DNA of 63,380 nucleotides, filler included, from Octopus bimaculoides (Eukaryota), in the NCBI RefSeq assembly GCF_001194135.2. It is 6 parts of 4 records of this genome, joined end to end, with 100 filler letters (N's around TTAATTAATTAA, not from the genome) between each part and the next. Parts side by side here need not be neighbours in the genome. Positions count along the whole stretch, not along the records: positions 33,881 to 60,168 come from NC_068985.1; positions 60,269 to 63,380 come from NC_068987.1; 4 more parts are not named here. One strand, written 5' to 3'. Positions within the stretch are counted from its first letter, which is position 1. Every line of letters begins with the position of its first letter. A program made the position numbers and the translations under genes. The notes under the pieces were generated by a model. It worked only from the letters and a program-made list of their open reading frames with translations. It was not told the origin of the DNA and did not search any database. Below, in pieces: positions 52,665-63,380 of the stretch.

Positions 52665-52860
52665 AAGGCGGCGACCTGGTAGAATCGTTAGCACGCCAGG
52701 CAAAATGCTTAGTTCAAATTCCGCCCAGGTCGATTTTGCCTTTCATCTTTTCAAAGTTGATTAAATAAGTATCAGTTGAATATTGGGGTCAATGTAATCA
52801 ACTCACACCCTCTCCCTAAAGTGCTAACCTTGTGCCAAAATTTGAATCCAATAAATATTA
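52665..52860 (+). mobile_element. SINE family C
   Basis: AAGGCGGCGACCTGGTAGAATCGTTAGCACGCC...GTCGATTTTGCCTTTCATC...CCTTGTGCCAAAATTTGAA. Confidence 0.8.
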
Positions 52861-53872
52861 CTATGTAAATGGAGTCTATTGAAATTAACATTTTACTACA
52901 CAGCAACAAAATTGTAAAAGACAACAAAAACATTTTATCAAGAAGTTATTCAATTATGTACGCCATTCTGCAGTATACATGCATATATATANNNNNNNNN
53001 NNNNNNNNNNNNNNNNNNNNNNNNNNNNNNNNNNNNNNNNNNNNNNNNNNNNNNNNNNNNNNNNNNNNNNNNNNNNNNNNNNNNNNNNNNNNNNNNNNNN
53101 NNNNNNNNNNNNNNNNNNNNNNNNNNNNNNNNNNNNNNNNNNNNNNNNNNNNNNNNNNNNNNNNNNNNNNNNNNNNNNNNNNNNNNNNNNNNNNNNNNNN
53201 NNNNNNNNNNNNNNNNNNNNNNNNNNNNNNNNNNNNNNNNNNNNNNNNNNNNNNNNNNNNNNNNNNNNNNNNNNNNNNNNNNNNNNNNNNNNNNNNNNNN
53301 NNNNNNNNNNNNNNNNNNNNNNNNNNNNNNNNNNNNNNNNNNNNNNNNNNNNNNNNNNNNNNNNNNNNNNNNNNNNNNNNNNNNNNNNNNNNNNNNNNNN
53401 NNNNNNNNNNNNNNNNNNNNNNNNNNNNNNNNNNNNNNNNNNNNNNNNNNNNNNNNNNNNNNNNNNNNNNNNNNNNNNNNNNNNNNNNNNNNNNNNNNNN
53501 NNNNNNNNNNNNNNNNNNNNNNNNNNNNNNNNNNNNNNNNNNNNNNNNNNNNNNNNNNNNNNNNNNNNNNNNNNNNNNNNNNNNNNNNNNNNNNNNNNNN
53601 NNNNNNNNNNNNNNNNNNNNNNNNNNNNNNNNNNNNNNNNNNNNNNNNNNNNNNNNNNNNNNNNNNNNNNNNNNNNNNNNNNNNNNNNNNNNNNNNNNNN
53701 NNNNNNNNNNNNNNNNNNNNNNNNNNNNNNNNNNNNNNNNNNNNNNNNNNNNNNNNNNNNNNNNNNNNNNNNNNNNNNNNNNNNNNNNNNNNNNNNNNNN
53801 NNNNNNNNNNNNNNNNNNNNNNNNNNNNNNNNNNNNNNNNNNNNNNNNNNNNNNNNNNNNNNNNNNNNNNNN

Positions 53873-53917
<45 letters not shown>

Positions 53918-53921
<4 letters not shown>

Positions 53922-54400
53922 GATGGGCTTCTTTCAGCTTCCGTCTACCAAATCCACTCACAAGGCTTTGGTCGTTCCGAGTGCATAGTTGAAGACATTT
54001 ACCCAAGGTACCACATAGTGGAACTGAACCTAGAATTATGTGGTTGGGAAGCGAGCTTCTTACCACACAGCCACCCTTGCACCAATATTATATTATACTA
54101 TATTCTTTCATTCTTTTACTTGTTTCAGTCAATAGACTGTGACTATGCTCGGACACCGCTTTGCAGGTTTTAGTCGAGCAAATGGTTCTCAGCACTTATT
54201 TCTGAGCTTACCATTAATTCTATCTGTCTCTTTTTACTAAACTGCTGAGATACGGGGGACATAAACAAACGATACCGGTTGATAAGCCATGGTAGGGGGT
54301 AAACACGAACACGCATATACCGCGCGCGTGCAACACACACACACAAGAACCCGGAACTGAATGGTTGGGAAGCAAACTGTTATCATACAGCCTTGCTTAT
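53918..54400 (-). mobile_element. Cluster of SINE family A pieces (head 53918-54078; 3' half 54105-54300; head fragment 54345-54400)
   Basis: Each piece aligns to the reverse complement of the family A consensus. Confidence 0.75.
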
Positions 54401-54428
54401 GTATTATGTTTATACATACATTATATGC

Positions 54429-54467
<39 letters not shown>

Positions 54468-55239
54468 GATATAGATATATTGGTGGGAGTGGGGTATGTA
54501 TGTATGAACTTTGAAGTCACTGATAACCTTTTCCATACAAAAGTTAATAAATGTCTATATCTAGAAGTGTTGGGTAATCCTTCAGTTTAATGTTAAAGTA
54601 TCTTTGTATATAACTTGACATAAACGCAAAAATTAATGTGTGTGTGTGAGTGTGTATGAGTGTGTGTATGAGTGTGTGTATGTGTGTGTATGTATCTATA
54701 TATATATACATACACATACCTACATACATATATANNNNNNNNNNNNNNNNNNNNNNNNNNNNNNNNNNNNNNNNNNNNNNNNNNNNNNNNNNNNNNNNNN
54801 NNNNNNNNNNNNNNNNNNNNNNNNNNNNNNNNNNNNNNNNNNNNNNNNNNNNNNNNNNNNNNNNNNNNNNNNNNNNNNNNNNNNNNNNNNNNNNNNNNNN
54901 NNNNNNNNNNNNNNNNNNNNNNNNNNNNNNNNNNNNNNNNNNNNNNNNNNNNNNNNNNNNNNNNNNNNNNNNNNNNNNNNNNNNNNNNNNNNNNNNNNNN
55001 NNNNNNNNNNNNNNNNNNNNNNNNNNNNNNNNNNNNNNNNNNNNNNNNNNNNNNNNNNNNNNNNNNNNNNNNNNNNNNNNNNNNNNNNNNNNNNNNNNNN
55101 NNNNNNNNNNNNNNNNNNNNNNNNNNNNNNNNNNNNNNNNNNNNNNNNNNNNNNNNNNNNNNNNNNNNNNNNNNNNNNNNNNNNNNNNNNNNNNNNNNNN
55201 NNTGTTGAGTGCCTTTTTCTTTCGTTTGTTCAGTCACTC

Positions 55240-55274
<35 letters not shown>

Positions 55275-55559
55275 ATCTTAGCCAAATCCTTCATCGACAG
55301 AACATCTGCCTACGTCATCTCCTCCTGCTTTATACCTTTCCCGCATATGTTGGCCTACAACAGTTTAAATTCACAGAACAGTATCAACGTCTCCACTCTC
55401 GGGAAGGCCTGCAAGGGTCTTGCGCTCTGTCTCTTCCTCCAAACTCAGTAGGGATATGTTAGATAGATATTGGAAAGCAGTTTTTGTGATTATTTTAGGA
55501 TACAAGATTTTAGATAATAATAAACGACTTACTACATTAAACAGAGGATGTAGATATAG

Positions 55560-55760
55560 CAAAAACCCTTAGCGTGTTCAGTCTCTTTTGTTTACATTCT
55601 GAGTTCAAATACTGCCGAGATCGACTTTGCCTTTCAGCGTTCTTGGGTCGGTAAAATAAGTACCAGTAGAGCACTGGGGTCGATGTAATTGATTATACCC
55701 CTTCCTCTAAATTTTGGGCTTCGTGCCTATTGTAGAAAAGAGAAGATTGTTATTATTTGG
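55560..55760 (+). mobile_element. SINE family C, 5'-truncated
   Basis: TACATTCTGAGTTCAAAT...CGACTTTGCCTTTCA...GGTAAAATAAGTACCAGT...GTGCCTATTGTAGAAAAG. Confidence 0.8.
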
Positions 55761-55984
55761 CAATTTCTACTGCATCACTTGATACACTTCCGTGTTGCTG
55801 AGGTGTATGCAAATTGTGTGTTTTGTTCTTGTTGGTGTCAGAGGGAATGTAGACTCTTCCCGATACTAGATTGCAGTCTTTTGTTGTATTAGTGTTTGTT
55901 CTGTATGTTGTGTGTGTAATATGAGTTGATACTTTAGTTGGGTACCCGACCTGTAGCGTAGATGTGGTGGGGTTGCTTATTTTA

Positions 55985-56210
55985 TTGGATATTTACTGTG
56001 GACCAGTGCAGTTGTCCAAAGATATGCAAGAGACCGGAAGAGACCACTCGGAAGACCCCACAAGATGATGGGAAGATAACGGTTAAAAGATAATTCGTGT
56101 CCAGTAAGAGAAGGGTACAATCAAAGGCAGAATGGAAATACATCGTGACCAGCGATGTATGACGTCATCTAGTAGCCTGGTCGAAAGTGTGGTATATATA
56201 AGCATACCTA
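55985..56210 (+). pseudogene. RTE-type LINE 3' end remnant
   Basis: KRPLGRP...W(E)D...AEWK pattern typical of the RTE ORF C-terminus. Confidence 0.5.
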
Positions 56211-57829
56211 CTCGTATAAGTGTATGTGTTTGTGCATGTGTGCGTGTACGTGTGCATGCATGTGCATGTATGTGTATATTTGTGACAGTAAAGTAAGTCG
56301 AAATATACAGACACAAATTTGTAAGGCGTGTTTAGTTCTCATTGTCATATATTCTATTTGATAATATCAAACCTGCTTTTCATGATTTCAGACGAGTTTA
56401 TATTTATCTAAATTTAACTTTATGCAAGTCACTTAATTGAGATTGTTATCTTTCATTTCTTCAATTTTAAAACGAAGATACTTTATACATCAAATAAGGT
56501 GGGTAATAACAAAGCTTTTTTTTTTCATAAGGTAGGTTAAAATTAAAAGAATTATTAGACCAGGAAGATTTTGCGGGTCGTGACATTAATTTTATGTCGA
56601 CTTCTTTTTTTTAGCCCAACAGACTAACCGAGTTGGTTACACTCGTCTGAAAAGATCAACTGTTCAATGTTACCAATCATACGAATGTTTCGTCATCAAG
56701 AAGAGCAACCAGCAACCGGATATTTGCTATTCTGTCAACACAGTTCATTCTCAAATATTCCAATATTCAAAGCTAACTCAGAGCTAAACAGCTACAACAA
56801 CAATTGCGCTCTGATCGAGCAGACCCACGATCGAAGGAATTTCAGGCATGACCAGTCCGTTGTATTTTCAAATATATTTTATCTACGATTACATTATCCT
56901 ATTTATCCCAGCCTTTGTTGAGGCGGCTGGGTGTGATTTAAAGGTGATTTGGCTGTTAATTTTGGCAGTTTGAGACCCCGTGGAAGATCCCCACTGTAGC
57001 TGGAAAAAGGTTGTTGTTGATGTTGCTTACCTCCAAGTCCAGCCTCTCTTAATCACACATATCATCATAAGACATCCCAGATATCATCCCATATTTTATT
57101 TCCACATGCAGTGTACCTCGTTCACATAATAGAACGCGTTAATTTTTAAGACTGCAGAATGTAATTTGAAGGAATTTTGGCTGCTATTTCTAGAAGCACC
57201 CCAATAAGGCTGTAAAAAGGTACCAGTAGGTGATATCTATTTACACAATTGCATAACTGGAGATGGTTTCATTGACTTACATTGATGGTTTCAAATCTTT
57301 TCATGATTACTGTTTGCCAAGGAGATGCTCTCTGTTGTACTAATTAAATACAAAGCGGAAGCTTCCATGTTTCTTCAAAAACATGAAGTATATGTTTGTG
57401 TATGTATATGCGTGTTTATACGCTACTTATGTAATTGTTTAGTTCATATCAGCCGTTACATTCTAACCGTGACCAACTCGTCTTTTTTAAGATAGAAATG
57501 GGTGATTTAGACGGACATCTTTTCTGCTATTTCCAGTTAGTTAAATGGCTACGTAGAAGTTTTCCTTGTTGTAACAATACTTCTCACGTCATTGACGTAG
57601 AACGTGATTTTTTCTCTTAGTATTTGAAACTAAAGCTTCGTTTCTGCTTAAAAAAATTCTATTCCAATAATAATACACTGACACTGTTTTGTATTTATGT
57701 TTTCAAGTATTTCTATCTTCTTTTCTTTCTCTACTCCTGTAAGTACAGGATAGTCGTTAACCTATCAATAAGTACAAGTGTATTGTACTGAAAGAATATT
57801 CACGTAATTTAAGGTATTTTATCATTATA

Positions 57830-58048
57830 TACAGGGTGCGACAGTTTTTCGAGGACACCTCTTTCGAGAGCTCTTACTTTCTTGTAACTTAATTTTTGTT
57901 TTTACCTTACTTTTCCTGATATATAATATCAGACATCGGGTTGACTCAACAAATGAAAAGACACGCTGTAATTGTTACCTTAAAAGCGCAGCATAGTGAT
58001 ATAGAGATAGCTCGCTTCTTGAAAGTTGCCCGATCCTTCGTTGTCAAA
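57830..58048 (+). mobile_element. 5' end of an IS630-Tc1-mariner (maT/DD37D-like) transposon
   Basis: TA|CAGGGTG terminus; ATG at 57953 encodes MKRHAVIVTLKAQHSDIEIARFLKVARSFVVK (HTH N-terminus), ending where a PLE 3' end begins. Confidence 0.7.
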
Positions 58049-58049
58049 T

Positions 58050-58920
58050 GCCCGTGGACATATGGCGTACTGAGTTTTTAGGGCTTATAAATGTAATATT
58101 TTCCTATCCTTCCTTAATACCGGTTCCCATATGCTATTCATATCTGCACTCGGTCTGCTTAGGAGGTTGTTGTGTCCTGGCATATGTGCTGCTTCTTTTA
58201 GTTTTCGTATTTTCCAGTGGTGTTCTCTGCCTATTATTTTAACTTCATCTCGCAGGGGGAGGTGGTCTCCATTTTTCCATACATGATCAGGTATACCCGA
58301 TTTATCAATATCTCCTCGTGTCACAGCTTTGCGATGTTCCTCTACCCTTGTTTTGAAGAGGCAGCATGTTTCGCCTTTGTATAACCTACCACAGCTGCAT
58401 GGGATGGAATACACGCAGATTTTGGTCATATTCTCTATTCTCTTCTATTGGTGGTTTTCACCGAAGGCGATATTTGCGAAGTGTTGTATTACTCTTGAAT
58501 ACTGTCCTGATGTCATATGGGCCGCATATCTTTTGTATCTTTTTGGAGAGGCCTTTCACATAGGATAGACAGACTGTATACAGTTCGTTGGTTTCATCCT
58601 CTCTTTTCTTCATAATTGGAGTGAATAGTATGCTTTGGGGGTAGTTGTTGCTTAATAGATTGTTACTGAGCTTGATCATTTCTTCGTGGTGTCTATCACA
58701 ATCACTACTTATATTCTTTGCTCGATGTTTTAGGCACTGAGCAATCCCTCTCTTTACACTGTATGGATGGTAGAAATTGAAGTTAAGGTATCGTCCAGTG
58801 AAGGTCGGCTTGCGGTATACGGATGTCCCCATAGGTAGGTGTTCTAGCCAGTGAACTTTTGACCCCTCACTGAATAAGAGCGATTTGCTTCTTTCTGTTC
58901 CCACTGTCTTGGTAAAGTAT
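58050..58920 (-). mobile_element. Penelope-like element (Poseidon-type RT thumb plus GIY-YIG), 5'-truncated
   Basis: TSVYRKPTFTGRYLNF..YHP.SVKRGI...L..RA; V.L.YVKGLS..I..I.....IRTVF; CVYSIPCSCGRLYKGET...KTRVEEH; RKLKEA. Confidence 0.92.
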
Positions 58921-59039
58921 CACCAGATGCCTTGAAATATTAGCCGTATATTTGAAACTGATTCTCCTACTGCTATAATTCATTATATAAACAACTTAAT
59001 TTAATTTCTGTCCACATGTAGGAACAAATATTGTTATTA

Positions 59040-59215
59040 ATAATAATCCTTTCTACTATAGACACAAGACCTGAAATTTCTGGGGAGGGGATAAGTCGAT
59101 TACATCGACCCCAATGCTCAACTGGTACTTTATTTTATTGACTTCAAAAGGATGAACGACAAAGTCAACCCCAACGGAATTTTTGCTCAGAACGTAAAGA
59201 CGGACGAAATATTGA
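59040..59215 (-). mobile_element. SINE family C
   Basis: Reverse complement of the core: ...GGTACTTTATTTTATTGACTTCAAAAGGATGAACGACAAAGTCAAC...CAGAACGTAAAG. Confidence 0.8.
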
Positions 59216-60048
59216 TATTAATAATAATGTTTTTATTTTGTTGACTACTGAAGTATATATGGCGTCAACTTCAGCTAAATTTTAACTCAAATTGTTTGTA
59301 ATGACTACATGGCATTTGTTCATTTGTTCAGATACAATAAATAATAAGTACGCCTCATTTACTTTAGTAGTTGTCTGTTTTGTCGACAGCAGAAAGATTA
59401 TTCGTAGAGAAACGTAACAATATTATTAACTATTTATTCATCGCCTAAATAGGCTTGTCACATATTCCATCGTCACCAAGCAGTAAATAATTGAGAAGGA
59501 GAACAATAGGTAGTTAGAATAATACATGATTTTGACGAAACAAATCGAACGAAAGCTATGCAAAAGTTTGATCTATATTTGAATGTATATATATCAGCTG
59601 AGTCATGGACTTGAACAACGTTTGACTGAATAATATCTGATAAAAAAAGATTTTTCTTCTATGAAAAAACCGTCACTATATTGAGACCAGTGAGGGAACC
59701 TCGATGTGTTTACTCTATTAATAACTAAATATTTCACAAATTACAAACCACTGCCTTTTTTTAGTAGGAAGTGCACGTTTTACAATGGCCGAAAGAAACT
59801 GCCTCAAAAGAGAGATGGTATCAGATAGACGACAATTGATTATATGTCTACTTCAATCTGGATTTCACGATGATATATAACTATAAAACACGCTATGTTG
59901 TGTGTTATTTTCTTAAAATCATTTATAACTCGTTGAGCTTTGATGGTTAACCTATGTGTGAAAGAATACACAATTGTTTCACTTTGTACATGAGGTATTG
60001 TAGATGGAAGTACTATATATACTCGTGTGTGTGTGTGTTGTGAATAAT

Positions 60049-60083
<35 letters not shown>

Positions 60084-60095
60084 GCGCACGCACGC

Positions 60096-60168
<73 letters not shown>

Positions 60169-60268
60169 NNNNNNNNNNNNNNNNNNNNNNNNNNNNNNNN
60201 NNNNNNNNNNNNTTAATTAATTAANNNNNNNNNNNNNNNNNNNNNNNNNNNNNNNNNNNNNNNNNNNN

Positions 60269-60321
<53 letters not shown>

Positions 60322-61759
60322 CATACATACACACACACGCACACACACACATTCACACACAATATACAATGATCCACACACAAACAAATACACAATCATC
60401 GATGTATCTCTGAATTTGCGTGATCTTAGATGCATATATATGCAAGCTATACATCAAAATATGTGCATGTACGTAAATGTATATATGTATATTTGTGCAA
60501 CAGATACATACATATATGACACATATATACGTATAGCCACATATGTATACAGAGAGCCACACACGCAAGTAGATATTTATATGCACACGTATAAGCGTAT
60601 GTGTTCGTGTTAATGTATGCATTTATATATGTATGTGTATGTAATTTGTGTGTGTGTGTGTGTGTTTGTATCTAATTTGCGTGTGTGTGTTGACGCATGT
60701 GTGTGCTTTTACATGCGTGATTGTTTGTGACTCTATGTGCATGTTTGTGTTCGTTTCGTGAATTAATCTCTATGCGTTTGGCTTCTGAGTGTGTGATAGT
60801 GGTTGAAATTATATGGTTATTATGAGTGTGTTTGTGTATGTGTGTGTGTGTATGTTTTGGTATTTATTGCATACATCATGATTTCTTTTAAATATTATAA
60901 GCACTGATAATTTTATTTGAAGTTGAGAAAAGAGAATAACGTCAAAAATATAAATTACATTTCAAGCTGGGAAAATTGCCTCGAAATGATAAATGCCCCT
61001 ATTATAAAAAATATATTAAAATCACGATTAAATGAGATTTTAATTAACTATATCGCGTTTGTAGAGATAAACCGCCATATAATCGACTTTTAACTCCGTG
61101 TATATATAAGCATGGTTTTGATTGTGTGTGCGCATGTATGTATGCATATATGTATGTATGTATGTATGCATGTATGTATGTATGTATGTATTTATGTATG
61201 TATGTATGTATGTGCGTATTATATACATATATGTGTGTGTATGTATAAACTTTTATATATTTCTGTATACATGATTGTATGCCTAATTTTATTTCCGTAT
61301 TTGTACGAGAATTTGTTCATGTACTTATAGATACATATACATANNNNNNNNNNNNNNNNNNNNNNNNNNNNNNNNNTATATATATATATATATATGTATG
61401 TATGTACACACACACACACACATACACACACACATATTGGCGGTGACATCTATTTTTTATCATGCCAGTTCATCTATATTTTGAAGTTTTCAAATATACG
61501 TCCGTGCACCTGGACACCTGGTTTGTGCGTTTGCATAACATATATAAATCATAAGCAATACACCTACTGAAATGCAAAACTATGTTCTGTTAATATGGAG
61601 CTTCAGTCGATGTTATACAACAACGTATAACGAATGAAAAAAAATGTAAGGAATCTTTGCAGTATAAACAGGTTTTGTCTTTCAAATCCTAACAGATCTT
61701 TGGGCTCATTTTGGAATGTAGAAATTTATTTCTCTTTCTATATGTAAGGTTAGTGTAAA

Positions 61760-62480
61760 GTAACGCATAATATCTATTTTGTCTGGTTTCGAATACCATT
61801 GTTATTCCATCTGTTGCTGTATGCCTTTCTCTCATCTATTACTGTCTATTATATAGTAGATATTTTAGCGTCTATATCTTTGTTTTCCATTTTCCAACTA
61901 TACTCTGAAGGTGGTGTAGTGTTTGCCAATTGAAAATGATAGCGTGTTGTGCTGGTGAGGCTTGTTTTGAGAGTTGCCTTGTAAGCTTTATATAACTTGT
62001 TAGTGCCTTTTTGTGGGTACATCACCACGTTATATAATACTTCTATCAAGGCATGTCCTTTTTCAGGAAGAAATCTATATAGTTTGTGTGCAAGCTACAT
62101 TCAGTTTACTTACCTTTTTGCTTCGCGGATTTTAAGCTATGATGAACTCATTTATATGCGAATAGATATACACTAATTGCTTTTCATGCTGCGCAGCAAG
62201 TAGAATGTATTGCGAAATTTCCTTTCCAATGCTGATAGAAGAAAAGTTTCGCAACAATGATTTTTACGCCAATGCTGTGTTGTACCTTATACATTTAACT
62301 TTATAACATTTAAACTTTAGAGTGATTACTGAATAATGTTTCTAAATTGTTGATTTGTGGCTTTGAATCTCACCAAAGTACTCTGCAATACTGTGGAATA
62401 GGCCAACTCTGATCCAGATGCATTTTGGTTCATGCTTACTGACATTCGTTATGCGAATGGATAAGGAGAGATATAGGAGT
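61760..62480 (-). pseudogene. Degraded Penelope-like linker plus GIY-YIG (family of 10002/12181/17542)
   Basis: VLY...NKLYKA.K..LK......HFQLANTTPPSEYSWKMENKDIDAKIS parallels NSTGLS.YIW.L.....KW.I; SIGK motif upstream. Confidence 0.55.
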
Positions 62481-62572
62481 TAATTACAATGCTCATAAAG
62501 ATCTACAAGAATTTCAGAAGAGATGGGAAAGCATATATGTATGTTTGTGAGTTTGTAAGTGTAGATGCATAC

Positions 62573-62646
<74 letters not shown>

Positions 62647-62685
62647 GCATCTGTGTGTGTGTGTGTGTGTGTGCGTGTTTAAGCA

Positions 62686-63380
62686 AAATAGCTAGTCGTA
62701 AAATCTCAAGAGATCAGAGTAGTAATAATACAAACAAGTAAAGTCAACCGCCACATCAAAATGGCTGTTCCATGTTACTACTAATTTAACCACAGGCACA
62801 TCTTCCACCAGCAGGCGGTCGGTGCAACGTTACACCTATAATATACAATATATATTGCTAGCTGGGGAAGCGAACCTCTACCATCCTCTAGTACAGGTCA
62901 CGATCAGTTTTAAACTGGTTGCCTTATCCTTCTGTCACGAGCACCTTATCACCAGAGCGACAGCCGGGTTCCACTCCAGCTAGCAATGTATTCTGAACAA
63001 AGCGTCCGGTCATTGATGCGCAACAATCAAAACAGCTAGTTCTAAAATCTCAAAGAGATGAGAGTATTAACTATGCTAACAAGTAAAGTCAATCGCCACA
63101 TCGAAGTGGCTGTTCCATGTTACTAGTAGTTTAACCCGAGGAAGATCTTCCACCAGCTGGTAATCGGTGCGACGCTTTACATGTTAGTATAGTTAGCTGG
63201 GTATCGGTGCGATTTATTTTACTCCAGCTATATTGTATATACTGTACATAAAGCGTGCAGCGTGGCACCAATAGCCAGCTGGCGGAAGATATGCCTGGGG
63301 TTAAACTAGTAGTAACATAGAAAAGCCACTTTGATGTAGTGATTAACTTTACTTATATATATATGAGTAAAGTTAATCAC
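62686..63380. mobile_element. Cluster of nested-inverted-repeat non-autonomous elements
   Basis: Direct repeats starting ~62686 and ~63030 (period ~344 bp); ~100-bp arm at ~63080-63175 inverted at ~63255-63355; a further inverted arm starts at 63366 after (TA)5. Confidence 0.85.

Noticed and set aside
15327-60224. TTAATTAATTAA 12-mers at 15327, 19945, 28879, 33825 and 60213
   Set aside because: Each sits centrally in a 100-bp block of Ns and has stops in all six frames; a scaffolding spacer, not biology.

Overview
AT-rich, microsatellite-dense animal genomic DNA from a draft assembly. About 11% is N, and five 100-bp gaps carry an artificial TTAATTAATTAA spacer. The tRNA-headed SINE families resemble those described from octopus, so a cephalopod source (probably Octopus) is inferred but not proven. 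No host protein-coding exon could be supported; almost all long ORFs in the track are microsatellite or N read-through. The window is a transposon graveyard: about 8 Penelope-like element (PLE) fragments (RT C-terminus and/or GIY-YIG), 4 R4/Dong-type non-LTR elements, CR1-like and RTE-like fragments, mariner and maT/Tc1 remnants, several MITEs and many SINEs of at least 4 families. The most interesting signal is a set of type I hammerhead ribozymes (HHRs) read directly from the sequence. Four have an intact CUGAAGA/GAAA core, a palindromic helix III and unusually large (about 40-70 nt) loop-2 insertions. Two of them sit back-to-back on opposite strands in a ~340-bp fold-back element (51371-51707) next to a PLE remnant. 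A second notable structure is a nested-inverted-repeat family with a hairpin+CTAG end and a tandem/palindromic arrangement (62686-63380, homolog at 20100-20415), suggestive of a rolling-circle non-autonomous element. Boundaries of degraded elements are approximate.
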